This document shows positions 1 to 9,884 of a stretch of 52,192 nucleotides of DNA, in pieces. A program made the position numbers and the translations under genes. Below the pieces are notes generated by a model, which was not told where the DNA came from, ran no database searches, and worked only from the letters and a program-made list of their open reading frames with translations. Origin of the DNA: Flavobacterium sp. (GTDB lineage: Bacteria; Bacteroidota; Bacteroidia; Flavobacteriales; Flavobacteriaceae); the NCBI GenBank assembly GCA_047636275.1, contig JBLIKD010000001.1, forward strand, positions 1-52,192, given 5' to 3'. Every line of letters begins with the position of its first letter. Within the stretch, counting starts at the first letter, position 1.

Positions 1-376
1 AGACCGCGCGGGTAGTATAGTAGGTTCCCATTAAGTTCACCTGAATGATACGCTCCCATGCTTGAGGTTCCAGTTCTAGAAATTTACCAAAAGCGGCAAT
101 TCCAGCATTATTGATTAAGATGTCAATTGTTTGAAATGTGTCTAGGGCTTTATCAACAGCCGTAGTGATGGAATCAATATCGGAGACATCAGCTGTAAGT
201 GTCAATGATTTTACTCCTAAGTTATTTACTTCCGTTGCTACCTCGTCTAACTCAGATTGCGTACGGGACACTAAAATCACATTCACGCCTTCTTTTGCCA
301 ATGCAATCGCGATTGCTTTCCCAATTCCTTTTCCGGCACCTGTAATTAGCGCATTTTTATTTTTTAAGTTGGTCAT
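1..376 (-). CDS. Short-chain dehydrogenase/reductase (3-ketoacyl-ACP reductase-like), 3' end outside the window
   Basis: Manual translation from ATG at 376: MTNLKNKNALITGAGKGIGKAIAIALAKEG...DILINNAGIAAFG...IIQVNLMG. It has the TGxxxGIG and NNAG SDR motifs and no stop before the window edge. Confidence 0.9.
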   Translation of the reverse strand, partial: MTNLKNKNALITGAGKGIGKAIAIALAKEGVNVILVSRTQSELDEVATEVNNLGVKSLTLTADVSDIDSITTAVDKALDTFQTIDILINNAGIAAFGKFLELEPQAWERIIQVNLMGTYYTTRAV

Positions 377-403
377 TGTGTTTAATTTTTATTTTGTTAT
401 CAC

Positions 404-411
404 CAAAGTTA
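404..411 (-). promoter_or_regulatory. Bacteroidota -7 promoter element TAACTTTG for the SDR gene
   Basis: Matches the TAnnTTTG consensus, 27 nt upstream of the ATG at 376. Confidence 0.55.
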
Positions 412-548
412 AGCCATTCTTTTTTTTAATGTCAGAACAGAAAGTAAAAAAAGTTAATTTCTACGGTTCTAAATATTTAAATCAGATAAATAATTAGGTA
501 ACATTTTACTTTATAAAAGAGATCAATTATATAGTATAAATAGCAAAT

Positions 549-952
549 ATGGAAAAATAAGTGTTTTTTTAATATCAGTGTTATGATTCTTTTAGTTTGA
601 TGCAAACAACAAGAACACGTAGAAATTTTTGATAGAGAGCATTGTGATCCAGTCATCACGCGACAAGAGCCGACAGGTATTTCTTATCATTTAGAAAACA
701 CGAAATACTGTTTATCAGTCCATATAGGCAAGGGTAAAATATTTAAGATAGCGCATGCTATTAACAGAACGGATTCTACTAATAGTAAAAGGGACTCCTT
801 TGGTTGTTTTTGGTAGTTATGATTTTACCGCCTCTAAATCATGATTGCAAGTGGTTGCTAATCCATAGGCGCTAGACATTTTATAAAAGGAAAGTGAGGA
901 ACAAACCAAACCGTTCTTAGGTACTCTTCGAAAAGAACGGAAGAATAAGTAA
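549..952 (+). pseudogene. Decayed, internally deleted lipoprotein gene, probably L,D-transpeptidase family
   Basis: Fragments with stops and frameshifts: MEK*VFFNISVMILLV*CKQQEH (lipobox-like), QEPTGISYHLENTK...AHAINRTDSTN, and KGTPLVVFGSYDFTASKS*LQVVANP*ALDI...QTKPFL. From memory these resemble the N- and C-termini of Flavobacterium YkuD-type proteins; no catalytic core is visible. Confidence 0.5.
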
Positions 953-994
953 ATGCTTCAGCTTTTTAAGTAAAAGAAACAGTCTTTCTATTGT

Positions 995-1831
995 TTAATT
1001 AAGGTCTATTCTTAGCTTGTAAATGTTGCTTTCTAAGGCATCGGTATTCTTATCTTCACAAAGCAGAAATTGGATCTGGATCTTGTTTTTAGAAAATAAA
1101 GTTAGCCCTTCAAATTTATTTGTGAGGCTAACTTTATTTGTAAAATCTATTTTCATCGTTTCAATGTCAATGCGACCAATAAGACTTCCCAAGATTTCGC
1201 CATCATCATAAGCATAAGCAGTGTTTTCTGCTGTAGCCAAGAAATAAATTTTTCCTTCTACTAGGACCGCATCAGTAAAACTGGAACGAACTCCTTTCAT
1301 TTTCGGGAGCTTATAATCGTTTGAAAAAAGGCTGAATTCTTGGTTTAGTTTTTTGGAGTGAAGTGTGAAAAGAACATTCTTGTTGGCGTCACAAGTACCA
1401 CGATTGAATAAATACCAGTTTTCGCCATCATAAGTAACCCCTTCTAAATTAAAATCTTCTGATTTTATGTATCCAAAACTTTGCATGACTGCATATAAAT
1501 CAACCAGATTAGTAGTCATGGTTTTTTTATTTGTTTTCAAATCAAATTCTATCATCGCATTTCTTTTTGTGGTGGAGCCCGAGCCAAAGATATAGAGCGT
1601 GTCTTGAAAATGAGTTAGGGATTCAAAGTCGGGTTTGTCTTCTTTTAGAATATTTTAACTCGGGTTCTGTAGGAGAGGGTATTTGTTAAGGTTAGTATCA
1701 GTGATGTTGTATTCGTATAAAATACCACTATTGTCGCTAATTAAATAGAGAAAATGATCTTGGAAGAAAAGTCCTGATGCAGAACCAATGCCTATAATTG
1801 TTGTAAATAATTCTAGTGTGAATTTTTTCAT
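995..1831 (-). pseudogene. DUF6929-like protein interrupted by one in-frame TAA at 1655-1657
   Basis: The ATG at 1831 is in frame with the 995..1555 ORF: MKKFTLELFTTIIGIGSASGLFF...LLQNPS*NILKEDKPDFESL...IFGSGST...NKFEGL. The IGSASGL, KPDFE and GSGST motifs fit this family. Confidence 0.75.
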
Positions 1832-1854
1832 AAATTGATATTGAAAACGGAAAG

Positions 1855-1948
1855 CCCTAGCCCAGATAGAAGCGAAAATCCTATTGTGCTAGTACCGAAG
1901 TTTCGGGGCTAGCACAATAGATTGCAGTGGATAGCTGGAAAAAGCTCC
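1855..1948. repeat. REP-like palindromic intergenic element
   Basis: Perfect 12-bp inverted repeat CTATTGTGCTAG (1881-1892) / CTAGCACAATAG (1909-1920) around a CCGAA..TTCGG inner stem, flanked by CCCTAGCCCAGATAGAAG and GGATAGCTGG. Confidence 0.7.
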
Positions 1949-2014
1949 AAGAAATCATCAAGAGTAGTCCTAGTTATTTGGTATATTTGATTGTGTAAAG
2001 ATAAAACACTTCCT

Positions 2015-2893
2015 ATGAAATCAATTAACCCTGAAGATTTTAAAGTTGTTAATAAGATAGAGTTGTCAAAGCTTTCCACTAATTTAGGTATTGATGCGAG
2101 TGATGGTAAGAAAGAAGACAAATTAGAGAGTGTCATCGATAAGTTAAGTGATTTACAGGATACGATGTATGCTCACAATCGATATGGAGTTCTGATTTGT
2201 TTGCAGGGTATGGATACTTCGGGCAAGGACAGTTTGATTCGGAAAGTTTTTAAAGACTTTAATTCGCGAGGAGTTGTAGTGCACAGTTTTAAAACACCTA
2301 ATTCGAAAGAGCTAGAACATGATTATTTATGGCGCCATTATTTAGCATTGCCTGAAAAAGGAAAATTTGCCGTTTTTAATAGAACGCATTATGAGAATGT
2401 ATTAGTGACGCGCGTGCATCCTGAATATATTTTAAATGAAAATTTACCTGGGTTAGAAGACGTTTTATTGATTACAGATGCTTTTTGGGAAAAGAGGATG
2501 GAGCAAATCAGAAATTTTGAGAAACACATTACCGAAAACGGAACTATTGTTCTCAAATTTTTTCTACACATGAGTAAAGAAGAGCAGAGAAAACGTTTAT
2601 TGAGACGTTTAGAAGAAAAAAAACACAATTGGAAGTTCTCAGTGGGGGATTTGAAAGAAAGAGAACGATGGGATGATTACATGCAGTATTATGAAGAAGC
2701 AATTAACAATACTTCTACAGATTACGCCCCTTGGTATGTAATTCCCGCCGACGATAAAGAAATGTGTCGTTATATTGTGGGTAAAATCATCTGGAAAGAA
2801 ATACAGAAATATACGGATATTCAAATACCTGAAATGGATGTTAAAATTCAGGAAAATAGAGCCTTGTACAAAGCTATTTTAGAAAAAGAATAA
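2015..2893 (+). CDS. ppk2: Polyphosphate kinase 2 family protein
   Basis: Walker A QGMDTSGKD, FKTP, HDYLWR, FNRTHYE and PWYVIPADDK motifs. The ATG at 2015 is preferred, with TATATTTG at 1982-1989. Confidence 0.93.
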   Translation: MKSINPEDFKVVNKIELSKLSTNLGIDASDGKKEDKLESVIDKLSDLQDTMYAHNRYGVLICLQGMDTSGKDSLIRKVFKDFNSRGVVVHSFKTPNSKELEHDYLWRHYLALPEKGKFAVFNRTHYENVLVTRVHPEYILNENLPGLEDVLLITDAFWEKRMEQIRNFEKHITENGTIVLKFFLHMSKEEQRKRLLRRLEEKKHNWKFSVGDLKERERWDDYMQYYEEAINNTSTDYAPWYVIPADDKEMCRYIVGKIIWKEIQKYTDIQIPEMDVKIQENRALYKAILEKE

Positions 2894-2924
2894 AAAAATG
2901 CGCTGAATTTCAGCGTGTTTTTTT
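2892..2924. terminator. Intrinsic terminator, probably bidirectional
   Basis: A-run, then TGCGCTGAA-T-TTCAGCGTG stem, then T-run, directly after ppk2. Confidence 0.75.
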
Positions 2925-2941
2925 ACTAATTAGAAAGAGTA

Positions 2942-3468
2942 TTATAGTTTAAAATCATAAGCTACGCGAAATACTATCTGATTTGTATCATATTTTTTGT
3001 GTATGCTTCATAGCGGACACTTACATCAATATCTTTAATCGCATGGCCGAGACCTCGAGCGCGTAACTACGTATTTTTTTGTTGATATAAGTCTTCGTTA
3101 CTGCTAACCCACCGCCCAATTTCACCCAATACATAAAATTGATCTTCACATACTAAGGTCCTGAAAACAGTTTTTACTAGGATGAAAACTAGATCTTTGA
3201 CACCGTTGCTGATAAACTAGTTAGTGAATCCAGTAGTTAACGTTAAAGATATTCTGTTAGATAGTTCATATTGAAGTCTAACAGCAACACCTAAAGAATA
3301 ATTATAAAAATCAATATTTGTAGGCATGCCTCTATTAAGACTTATTCCTAGACGGAAGCCTTGATCGTAATTTTTCACGTCTCTTGTTTCTTGAGCTTTA
3401 AAACTACTTGCAAATACCATTCTGATTGCGAAAGTGAATGCTATTTTAGTTTTTCCTGTAGTTTTCGT
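2942..3468 (-). pseudogene. Decayed small outer-membrane beta-barrel protein
   Basis: Reads (ACG)KTTGKTKIAFTFAIRMVFASSFKAQE...NYDQGFRLG...RLQYELSNRISLTLTTGFTN*FISNGVKDL...EDQFYVLGEIG, then frameshifts, then IDVSVRYE...NQIVFRVAYDFKL*. It has a signal peptide and an aromatic C-terminal strand; the start codon is lost. Confidence 0.7.
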
Positions 3469-3649
3469 AATATGAATTATAGTGTTAAATAGATTTCGGC
3501 CTTTTTGGCTTGTTTAAGTACAATCAAGATGACTGTTGCAAGTCTATAGCGATGAAAAGCTTGAAAAATTAGAGTACCATCTGATTTTCTTATATAATTA
3601 TCGAACAATCAAAAGCTTCTATTTATATTTGCAATCAAAAAATAGTAAA

Positions 3650-5032
3650 GTGAATTTTTCTAAATATACTCAAGAGTTTTCTTATAATTTAAGATTAGCT
3701 TATCCAATCATTTTAGGAATGTTAGGGCATACAATTGTTGGAATCGTAGATAATGTTATGGTAGGTCAGCTAGGGCCAACAGAATTGGCAGCTGTTTCAT
3801 TAGGTAATAGTTTTATTTTTATAGCCTTATCCTTAGGTATTGGTTTCTCTACGGCCATAACGCCATTGGCAGCAGAGACTGACGGGAACAATAATATTGA
3901 AGAGGGAAGAAGTGTATTTCATCATGGATTATTTTTATGCACGATTTTAGGTTTCACTTTATTTCTAATTATATTCTTTTTTAAGCCTTTAATCTCTCTA
4001 ATGGGGCAACCAGACATCGTTGTTGAAATGGCAAAGCCTTATCTTGACATTGTTGCTTTCTCTCTCGTTCCGCTTATTATTTTTCAGGCATACAAGCAGT
4101 TTGCTGATGGTAAATCAGATACTAAAAGCTCTATGTGGGCAACCATCATTGGGAACGTCATTAATGTCATTGTCAATTATTTTTTGATTTATGGGATTTG
4201 GATTTTTCCTGAAATGGGAATTGTAGGAGCTGCAATCGGTACGATTGTCTCTCGTATTGTAATGTTAGTTTTTATGCATTACATCCTGATTAGAAAGCCA
4301 AAATTTTATCCCTATTTTGAAAATTTTAGTTTAAAAGAAATCAAGAAAAAAATGCTAAATAAGATTATCAACATAGGTTTCCCCTCGGCTATGCAAATGT
4401 TTTTTGAGGTAGGTCTGTTTACAGGTGCAATTTGGCTTTCGGGACTTTTGGGAACAACGAGCTTAGCTGCTAATCAGATTGCGTTGAGTTTAGCCTCTTT
4501 AACTTTTATGTTTGCTATGGGCTTGAGTGTGGCTGTAACGATAAGAGTGGGAAATCAGAAAGGACTGATGGATTATGTGAAACTGCAGCTCGTGGCGCGA
4601 TCTATATTTTTATTAGCAATACTTCTTGAGACAGTGTTCGCTGTTATATTTATCGTTTTTCACCAATATTTACCTCAAGTATTTGTGAATGTTAATGATA
4701 TGAGGCACGTAGTAGAGACGAAGGAAGTGATTGAAATAGCCTCCCAACTGCTATTTGTAGCTGCATTTTTTCAAATCTCAGATGGAATTCAAGTTGTTGT
4801 TTTAGGTGCTTTAAGAGGTTTACAGGATGTGAAAATACCGATGTATATAACATTTGTGGCTTATTGGGTCGTCGGTTTTCCAATTTCAATTTATTTGGGA
4901 TTGTATACTGATTTAAAAGCGGCTGGTATCTGGATAGGATTACTGGTAGGATTATCTTTTGCCGCTTTATTTTTGTATCTTCGCTTCTCTCGGCTAACAA
5001 AAAATTTGTTGTTGGAGAAATTTGCAAAATAA
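3650..5032 (+). CDS. MATE family efflux transporter (NorM-like)
   Basis: About 12 hydrophobic segments, DNVMVGQLGPTELAAVSLG and GALRGLQD. The GTG start at 3650 follows TATATTTG at 3624-3631; the longer 3536 start is unlikely. Confidence 0.92.
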   Translation: MNFSKYTQEFSYNLRLAYPIILGMLGHTIVGIVDNVMVGQLGPTELAAVSLGNSFIFIALSLGIGFSTAITPLAAETDGNNNIEEGRSVFHHGLFLCTILGFTLFLIIFFFKPLISLMGQPDIVVEMAKPYLDIVAFSLVPLIIFQAYKQFADGKSDTKSSMWATIIGNVINVIVNYFLIYGIWIFPEMGIVGAAIGTIVSRIVMLVFMHYILIRKPKFYPYFENFSLKEIKKKMLNKIINIGFPSAMQMFFEVGLFTGAIWLSGLLGTTSLAANQIALSLASLTFMFAMGLSVAVTIRVGNQKGLMDYVKLQLVARSIFLLAILLETVFAVIFIVFHQYLPQVFVNVNDMRHVVETKEVIEIASQLLFVAAFFQISDGIQVVVLGALRGLQDVKIPMYITFVAYWVVGFPISIYLGLYTDLKAAGIWIGLLVGLSFAALFLYLRFSRLTKNLLLEKFAK

Positions 5033-5106
5033 TGTTATCGTAACATTGTTACTTCTAATTCGTTTATTAGCTTTTCAAGGCTAGTAAGCATTCAAAATTA
5101 AAACAC

Positions 5107-6015
5107 ATGATCATACTTATTATTCTAGGCATAATCTTAGTGGTTACGAGCTTTACTTTAAAAACAGATCAAAATCCACTATCTAAATTTTCAAATCTCT
5201 TTAAAATCATCGGAGTTTTGTTAATAGCTGGGGGTATATTCTCTTCAGCATTTAAGCAAATTGATGCTGGTACAGTAGGTGTTACTACCTTATATGGAAA
5301 TGTACAGGAGGGTATACTGACAAGTGGTCTAAATGTAATCAATCCACTTTTGGATGTGACCGACTTTGATATCCGAACTCAAAACTACACGATGTCTTCC
5401 TCGCAAAATGAAGGAGATCAGTTTGGTGATGATGCGATTCGAGTATTGTCAAATGATGGACTTGAAGTAGTTATTGATTTAACAGTTTTATACCGCGTAT
5501 CCGCTGTAGACGCTCCAAGAATTTTCAAAGAAATAGGAGTAAGTTACAAGGATAAAATTGTAAGACCAGTAACTAGCACACGTATCCGTGATAACGCCGT
5601 TTATTATGATGCGGTAGCTTTGTATTCAACTAAAAGAGTTGAATTTCAAGATCGTATTTTTAAAACTATTCAAGCTGATTTTAAAGCAAGGGGACTTATT
5701 CTTGAGCAGTTGTTGATAAGAAATATCAACCTACCCGCTTCAGTAAAAGCATCAATTGAAAGTAAAATTAATGCGGAACAAGACGCACAAAAAATGACTT
5801 TTGTACTTCAAAAAGAGAAGCAGGAAGCAGAACGTAAAAGAGTAGAAGCTCAAGGTATTGCTGATTACCAAAGAATTATTTCTATTGGTCTAACGCAGAA
5901 ACAATTGCAGTATGAGTCTATTAAAGCACAAAAAGAACTAGCAGCATCACCAAACACAAAAATTATTTTTATGGATGGTAAGAATAACGCTTCAGTAATT
6001 CTTTCTGATAAATAG
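5107..6015 (+). CDS. SPFH/Band 7/prohibitin family membrane protein
   Basis: Two N-terminal TM helices, SNDGLEVVIDLTVLYR, and a C-terminal coiled coil EKQEAERKRVEAQG. Confidence 0.9.
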   Translation: MIILIILGIILVVTSFTLKTDQNPLSKFSNLFKIIGVLLIAGGIFSSAFKQIDAGTVGVTTLYGNVQEGILTSGLNVINPLLDVTDFDIRTQNYTMSSSQNEGDQFGDDAIRVLSNDGLEVVIDLTVLYRVSAVDAPRIFKEIGVSYKDKIVRPVTSTRIRDNAVYYDAVALYSTKRVEFQDRIFKTIQADFKARGLILEQLLIRNINLPASVKASIESKINAEQDAQKMTFVLQKEKQEAERKRVEAQGIADYQRIISIGLTQKQLQYESIKAQKELAASPNTKIIFMDGKNNASVILSDK

Positions 6016-6088
6016 ATTATATTTGTTGCAACGATTATTGAATTAATCGTTGCAATGAATTTAGCAATTAATGATTTAACATTTATAG

Positions 6089-6319
6089 ATGGAATTACCA
6101 AAATTTTTATTAGGCGATAACACTGATTTTCAGGAAGATATTTTTATTATTCACTTGGATTATCCAAGATTCATAATTAACCTTAAAGACGATGAGGTAG
6201 AGTTTATTGAAGAAGCTGAGGATCTTGATGAAGGAGAGTTAAATATCGAAATGGAAGGGCTAATTATTTTGGCTAACGAATTTTATGACAGAGAAATGGA
6301 ACGTTACGAGAAAGAGTAA
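6089..6319 (+). CDS. Small acidic hypothetical protein
   Basis: 76 aa, very D/E-rich (FIIHLDYPRFII), with its own TATATTTG at 6018-6025. Confidence 0.8.
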   Translation: MELPKFLLGDNTDFQEDIFIIHLDYPRFIINLKDDEVEFIEEAEDLDEGELNIEMEGLIILANEFYDREMERYEKE

Positions 6320-6372
6320 TTTCTAGTACACATTCTTTATTAACGTAAATCTAGATGAAATAGCAATCAGGT

Positions 6373-7461
6373 TTATTTTTTAAAGTAGTTTTCCAATAAT
6401 AACTGAGCGGCTGCAAATGGTGATATTTCACCGTTTTGCACCGCTTTTTTTGTTGATTCCAACAGGTTTTGGATGTCAGTATTGTTATAAAAATTACCCT
6501 TCAATTGTTCGTTGATAGCCTCCAGCATCCAATATTCGTTCTGTTCCAAGCGTTTTGTGTTAAAATAATCATTGCTTTTCGTGAGTTCGATAAATTTCGT
6601 GATGGTTTCCCATACTTCTGGAATTCCGTTTTGGGTAATTGCACTGCAGGTTGCAGTTGTAGGAATCCAGCCTGACTTTTTTGCTGGAAACAGATGTAGT
6701 GCCCTGTTGAACTCTGATTTTGCGAGTTGTGCTTTTCGAATGTTATCGCCATCTGCTTTATTGATGACAATTGTATCTGCCATTTCCATAATACCCCTTT
6801 TAATACCTTGCAATTCATCACCAGCTCCTGCAATTTTTAATAACAAAAAGAAATCTACCATACTGTGTACCGCTGTTTCGCTTTGTCCAACACCTACCGT
6901 CTCTATGATGATTGTGTCAAAGCCGCAAGCTTCGCAAAGAGTAATTGTTTCACGGGTTTTTCTGGCTACACCACCAAGTGTATCTCCAGAAGCAGAGGGA
7001 CGAATGTAAGCGTTTTTGTCTTTGACCAACTCGTCCATGCGGGTTTTATCTCCCAAAATACTTCCGTGCGAAATTGTACTGCTTGGATCAACGGCCAGAA
7101 CGGCTACTTTTTTTCCTAGTCCAGTTAAATGTTTTCCAAACGCCTCAATGAACGTACTTTTTCCAACGCCTGGAACACCGGTTATTCCTATTCGAATGGA
7201 TTTATTTGCATGAGGTAAACAGGCTTTAATGACAGCATTAGCTCTGACTAAATGAGTTGTATTTGTGCTTTCTACCAAAGTGATAGCGCGGCTTAAAGCA
7301 GTTATATTACCCAATAAAATAGCATGAACAAGTTCCTCTGAGGAAGGTTGTATTTTCCTGTATTTTTGAATGTTTCTTACAGCAGACGGGCTAAAAATTT
7401 CTGGCTGCGAAATTCCAGCTTTCTCATTGCGGGCCGTTTGTTTTATTTTGTCGTTTTCCAA
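6373..7461 (-). CDS. meaB: Methylmalonyl-CoA mutase-associated GTPase MeaB/ArgK
   Basis: GVPGVGKST, VDPSS, GSILGDKTRM, ETVGVGQSE, GDELQGIKRGIME and NKAD motifs. Confidence 0.95.
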   Translation of the reverse strand: MENDKIKQTARNEKAGISQPEIFSPSAVRNIQKYRKIQPSSEELVHAILLGNITALSRAITLVESTNTTHLVRANAVIKACLPHANKSIRIGITGVPGVGKSTFIEAFGKHLTGLGKKVAVLAVDPSSTISHGSILGDKTRMDELVKDKNAYIRPSASGDTLGGVARKTRETITLCEACGFDTIIIETVGVGQSETAVHSMVDFFLLLKIAGAGDELQGIKRGIMEMADTIVINKADGDNIRKAQLAKSEFNRALHLFPAKKSGWIPTTATCSAITQNGIPEVWETITKFIELTKSNDYFNTKRLEQNEYWMLEAINEQLKGNFYNNTDIQNLLESTKKAVQNGEISPFAAAQLLLENYFKK

Positions 7462-7648
7462 AGGATATAATCATTTTAGTAAAATTAGCACTAAAACATC
7501 AATTATCAGAATTTAATCTTCTTTTTAAAGAGAATAATTTGTTAAACGCGGGTCCAATCGAATTGTTTAAAAAAAGTATATTAGAATATAAAATAGTAAG
7601 AGTTTTACCAAGTGATAGTGGTAATTTAGCAATTATATTTATTATGCT

Positions 7649-8560
7649 ATGATAAACCTTATTCTTATCTTTTTTTACTTAATTCTTGGGATTACATTAC
7701 AAAGAGTCAAGAGGTTTCCTACTAGTAGTTATAAGCTACTAAATAAGGTTGTTATTTATGTTTGCCTTCCCGCTTTGGCTCTATACTTCATTCCGAAAAT
7801 TCATTGGAATAATCAGTTGTTATTTCCCATCGGGGTGGCTTGGATTGGGTTTGTAGTCGCCTTTTTACTGTTTCGTTTTTTAGGAAAGAAATACGGTTGG
7901 TCTAAAAAATTGACTGGTTGCTTAATCTTAACTGCAGGGCTAGGGAATACGTCATTCCTTGGGTTTCCTATCATTGAAGCGCTATACGGTCAGGAAGGTA
8001 TGAAAACAGCCATATTAGTAGATCAACCTGGAACTTTTGTAGTTCTTTCTACTTTAGGAATAATCGTGGCTACTATGTACTCTAAAGGGGAGCCAAACAG
8101 CATTCAGATTTTTAAAAAAATTATTTTTTTTCCGCCGTTTATTACATTTATTGTGGCTTGTTTGATGAACGTATTTAATTTTGATTTCCAAGAATGGATT
8201 CAGTTTATTCTGCAGAAAGTAGGTAGTGGAGTTACCCCTTTAGCATTAGTTTCAGTTGGTCTTCAGTTGCGTTTTGAAAGCAGAAGCCAACATTGGCAGT
8301 TTTTGGGGCTTGGGCTGTTGTATAAGCTAATTTTGACGCCAGCTATAATTTATTTATTGTATGTTGTGATTTTGAATCAAAATTCTAAAATGATTGAGGT
8401 GGCCATTATGGAATCAGCAATGGCGCCCATGATAACGGCCAGCATATTAGCTACGACACATGGTTTAAAGCCTCGATTAAGTAGCATGATGATTGGTTTT
8501 GGAATTCCTATTTCTTTTATCACATTAGCTTTCTGGTATTTTATGTTTCGTTTTCTTTAA
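7649..8560 (+). CDS. AEC (auxin efflux carrier/malonate) family transporter
   Basis: About 10 TM segments, GNTSFLGFP, PLALVSVG and ESAMAP. Confidence 0.88.
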   Translation: MINLILIFFYLILGITLQRVKRFPTSSYKLLNKVVIYVCLPALALYFIPKIHWNNQLLFPIGVAWIGFVVAFLLFRFLGKKYGWSKKLTGCLILTAGLGNTSFLGFPIIEALYGQEGMKTAILVDQPGTFVVLSTLGIIVATMYSKGEPNSIQIFKKIIFFPPFITFIVACLMNVFNFDFQEWIQFILQKVGSGVTPLALVSVGLQLRFESRSQHWQFLGLGLLYKLILTPAIIYLLYVVILNQNSKMIEVAIMESAMAPMITASILATTHGLKPRLSSMMIGFGIPISFITLAFWYFMFRFL

Positions 8561-8574
8561 TTTTTTATCCCGAT

Positions 8575-9804
8575 ATGAATACTATTTCTACTATTGATTC
8601 AAAATCAGACAATGCAGTATTAGCTCAAAAAACTCTTTATTCGGTTTTGTTTTCGATTGCTTTTGCCCATTTGATAAATGATTTAATGCAATCAGTTATT
8701 CCAGCTGCCTACCCGATTCTTAAAGAAAACTTTAGTTTGAATTTTACTCAAATAGGGTTAATCACTTTCGTATACCAGCTAACAGCCTCTTTATTGCAAC
8801 CGTTTATAGGTTTTTATACAGATAAAAAACCGAAGCCCTATTCATTGGCAATCGGTATGGTATTTACCATTTCTGGATTGGCTTTATTATCAATAGCAAC
8901 TCAGTTTTGGATGATATTAGTAGCAGTTTCTCTCGTGGGTATTGGTTCGTCGATATTTCATCCAGAAGCCTCACGTGTCGCTTTTTTAGGTTCTGGCGGT
9001 AAAAGAGGTTTGGCACAATCCATCTTTCAATTGGGAGGGAACACTGGGAGTGCTATAGGACCGTTGCTAGTAGCTATCATTGTGGCCCCTTATGGTCAAT
9101 CGAATATCATCTGGTTTGTGCTCGTGGGTATTGTAGGAATATTCGTTTTGACTAAGATTGCGGTTTGGTACCAAAATCATCTGAATTTACGTGCCGCTAA
9201 AAAAATAACGAGCGAGGAAGAAACGGTTCCATTTTCGAAAAGAAAAATAAAAATTGCACTAGGAGTATTATTACTTCTAATATTTTCGAAATTTTTCTAT
9301 ATGTCCAGTATGTCGAGCTACTTTACTTTTTACTTGATGCATAAATTTGGACTTAGCATTCAGGAATCTCAATTCCATTTGTTTCTGTTTTTAGCTGCTG
9401 TAGCGGCGGGAACGTTAATAGGTGGTCCTTTAGGTGATCGTTTTGGAAGGAAATATATCATTTGGATTTCAATTTTGGGGGCAGCTCCCTTTACGCTTGT
9501 CTTACCGTATGCTAATTTGTTTTGGACTGGAATATTATCAGTGGTCATTGGAATTATTATTGCATCTGCATTTTCTGCAATTTTAGTATTTGCGCAAGAA
9601 TTGATGCCGGGTAAAGTAGGTATGATTTCTGGTTTATTTTTTGGTTTTGCTTTTGGAATGGGAGGCTTGGGATCCGCTCTTTTAGGCTATCTAGCTGATC
9701 AGACTAGTATAGAATATGTTTACAAAATCAGCTCTTATCTACCTCTTATTGGTATATTTACTTACTTTTTACCAAACATTAAAAAGAAAGTTACTTCCAG
9801 TTAA
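8575..9804 (+). CDS. fsr: MFS transporter, fosmidomycin resistance (Fsr) family
   Basis: HLINDLMQS, SSIFHPE, GLAQSIFQLGGN and GGPLGDRFGRK. Confidence 0.88.
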   Translation: MNTISTIDSKSDNAVLAQKTLYSVLFSIAFAHLINDLMQSVIPAAYPILKENFSLNFTQIGLITFVYQLTASLLQPFIGFYTDKKPKPYSLAIGMVFTISGLALLSIATQFWMILVAVSLVGIGSSIFHPEASRVAFLGSGGKRGLAQSIFQLGGNTGSAIGPLLVAIIVAPYGQSNIIWFVLVGIVGIFVLTKIAVWYQNHLNLRAAKKITSEEETVPFSKRKIKIALGVLLLLIFSKFFYMSSMSSYFTFYLMHKFGLSIQESQFHLFLFLAAVAAGTLIGGPLGDRFGRKYIIWISILGAAPFTLVLPYANLFWTGILSVVIGIIIASAFSAILVFAQELMPGKVGMISGLFFGFAFGMGGLGSALLGYLADQTSIEYVYKISSYLPLIGIFTYFLPNIKKKVTSS

Positions 9805-9884
9805 ATTTGGTTTTATTTATGAGTATCCGTGGTTTATTTGGTGATTTTTTGATTAATTTTAGATGAATTTAAAAACAAAAAATC

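Noticed and set aside
138-497. 119-aa + strand ORF
   Set aside because: It is the antisense shadow of the SDR gene on the minus strand.
477-659. 60-aa Cys-rich minus-strand ORF
   Set aside because: No motif; it lies over an AT-rich promoter region and antisense to the decayed lipoprotein gene.
3536-3649. N-terminal extensions in the ORF track for MATE (likewise ppk2, fur, ftsE, asnB2, gyrB)
   Set aside because: They run through or abut promoter-like AT-rich DNA and lack family similarity; asnB2 needs Cys at position 2.
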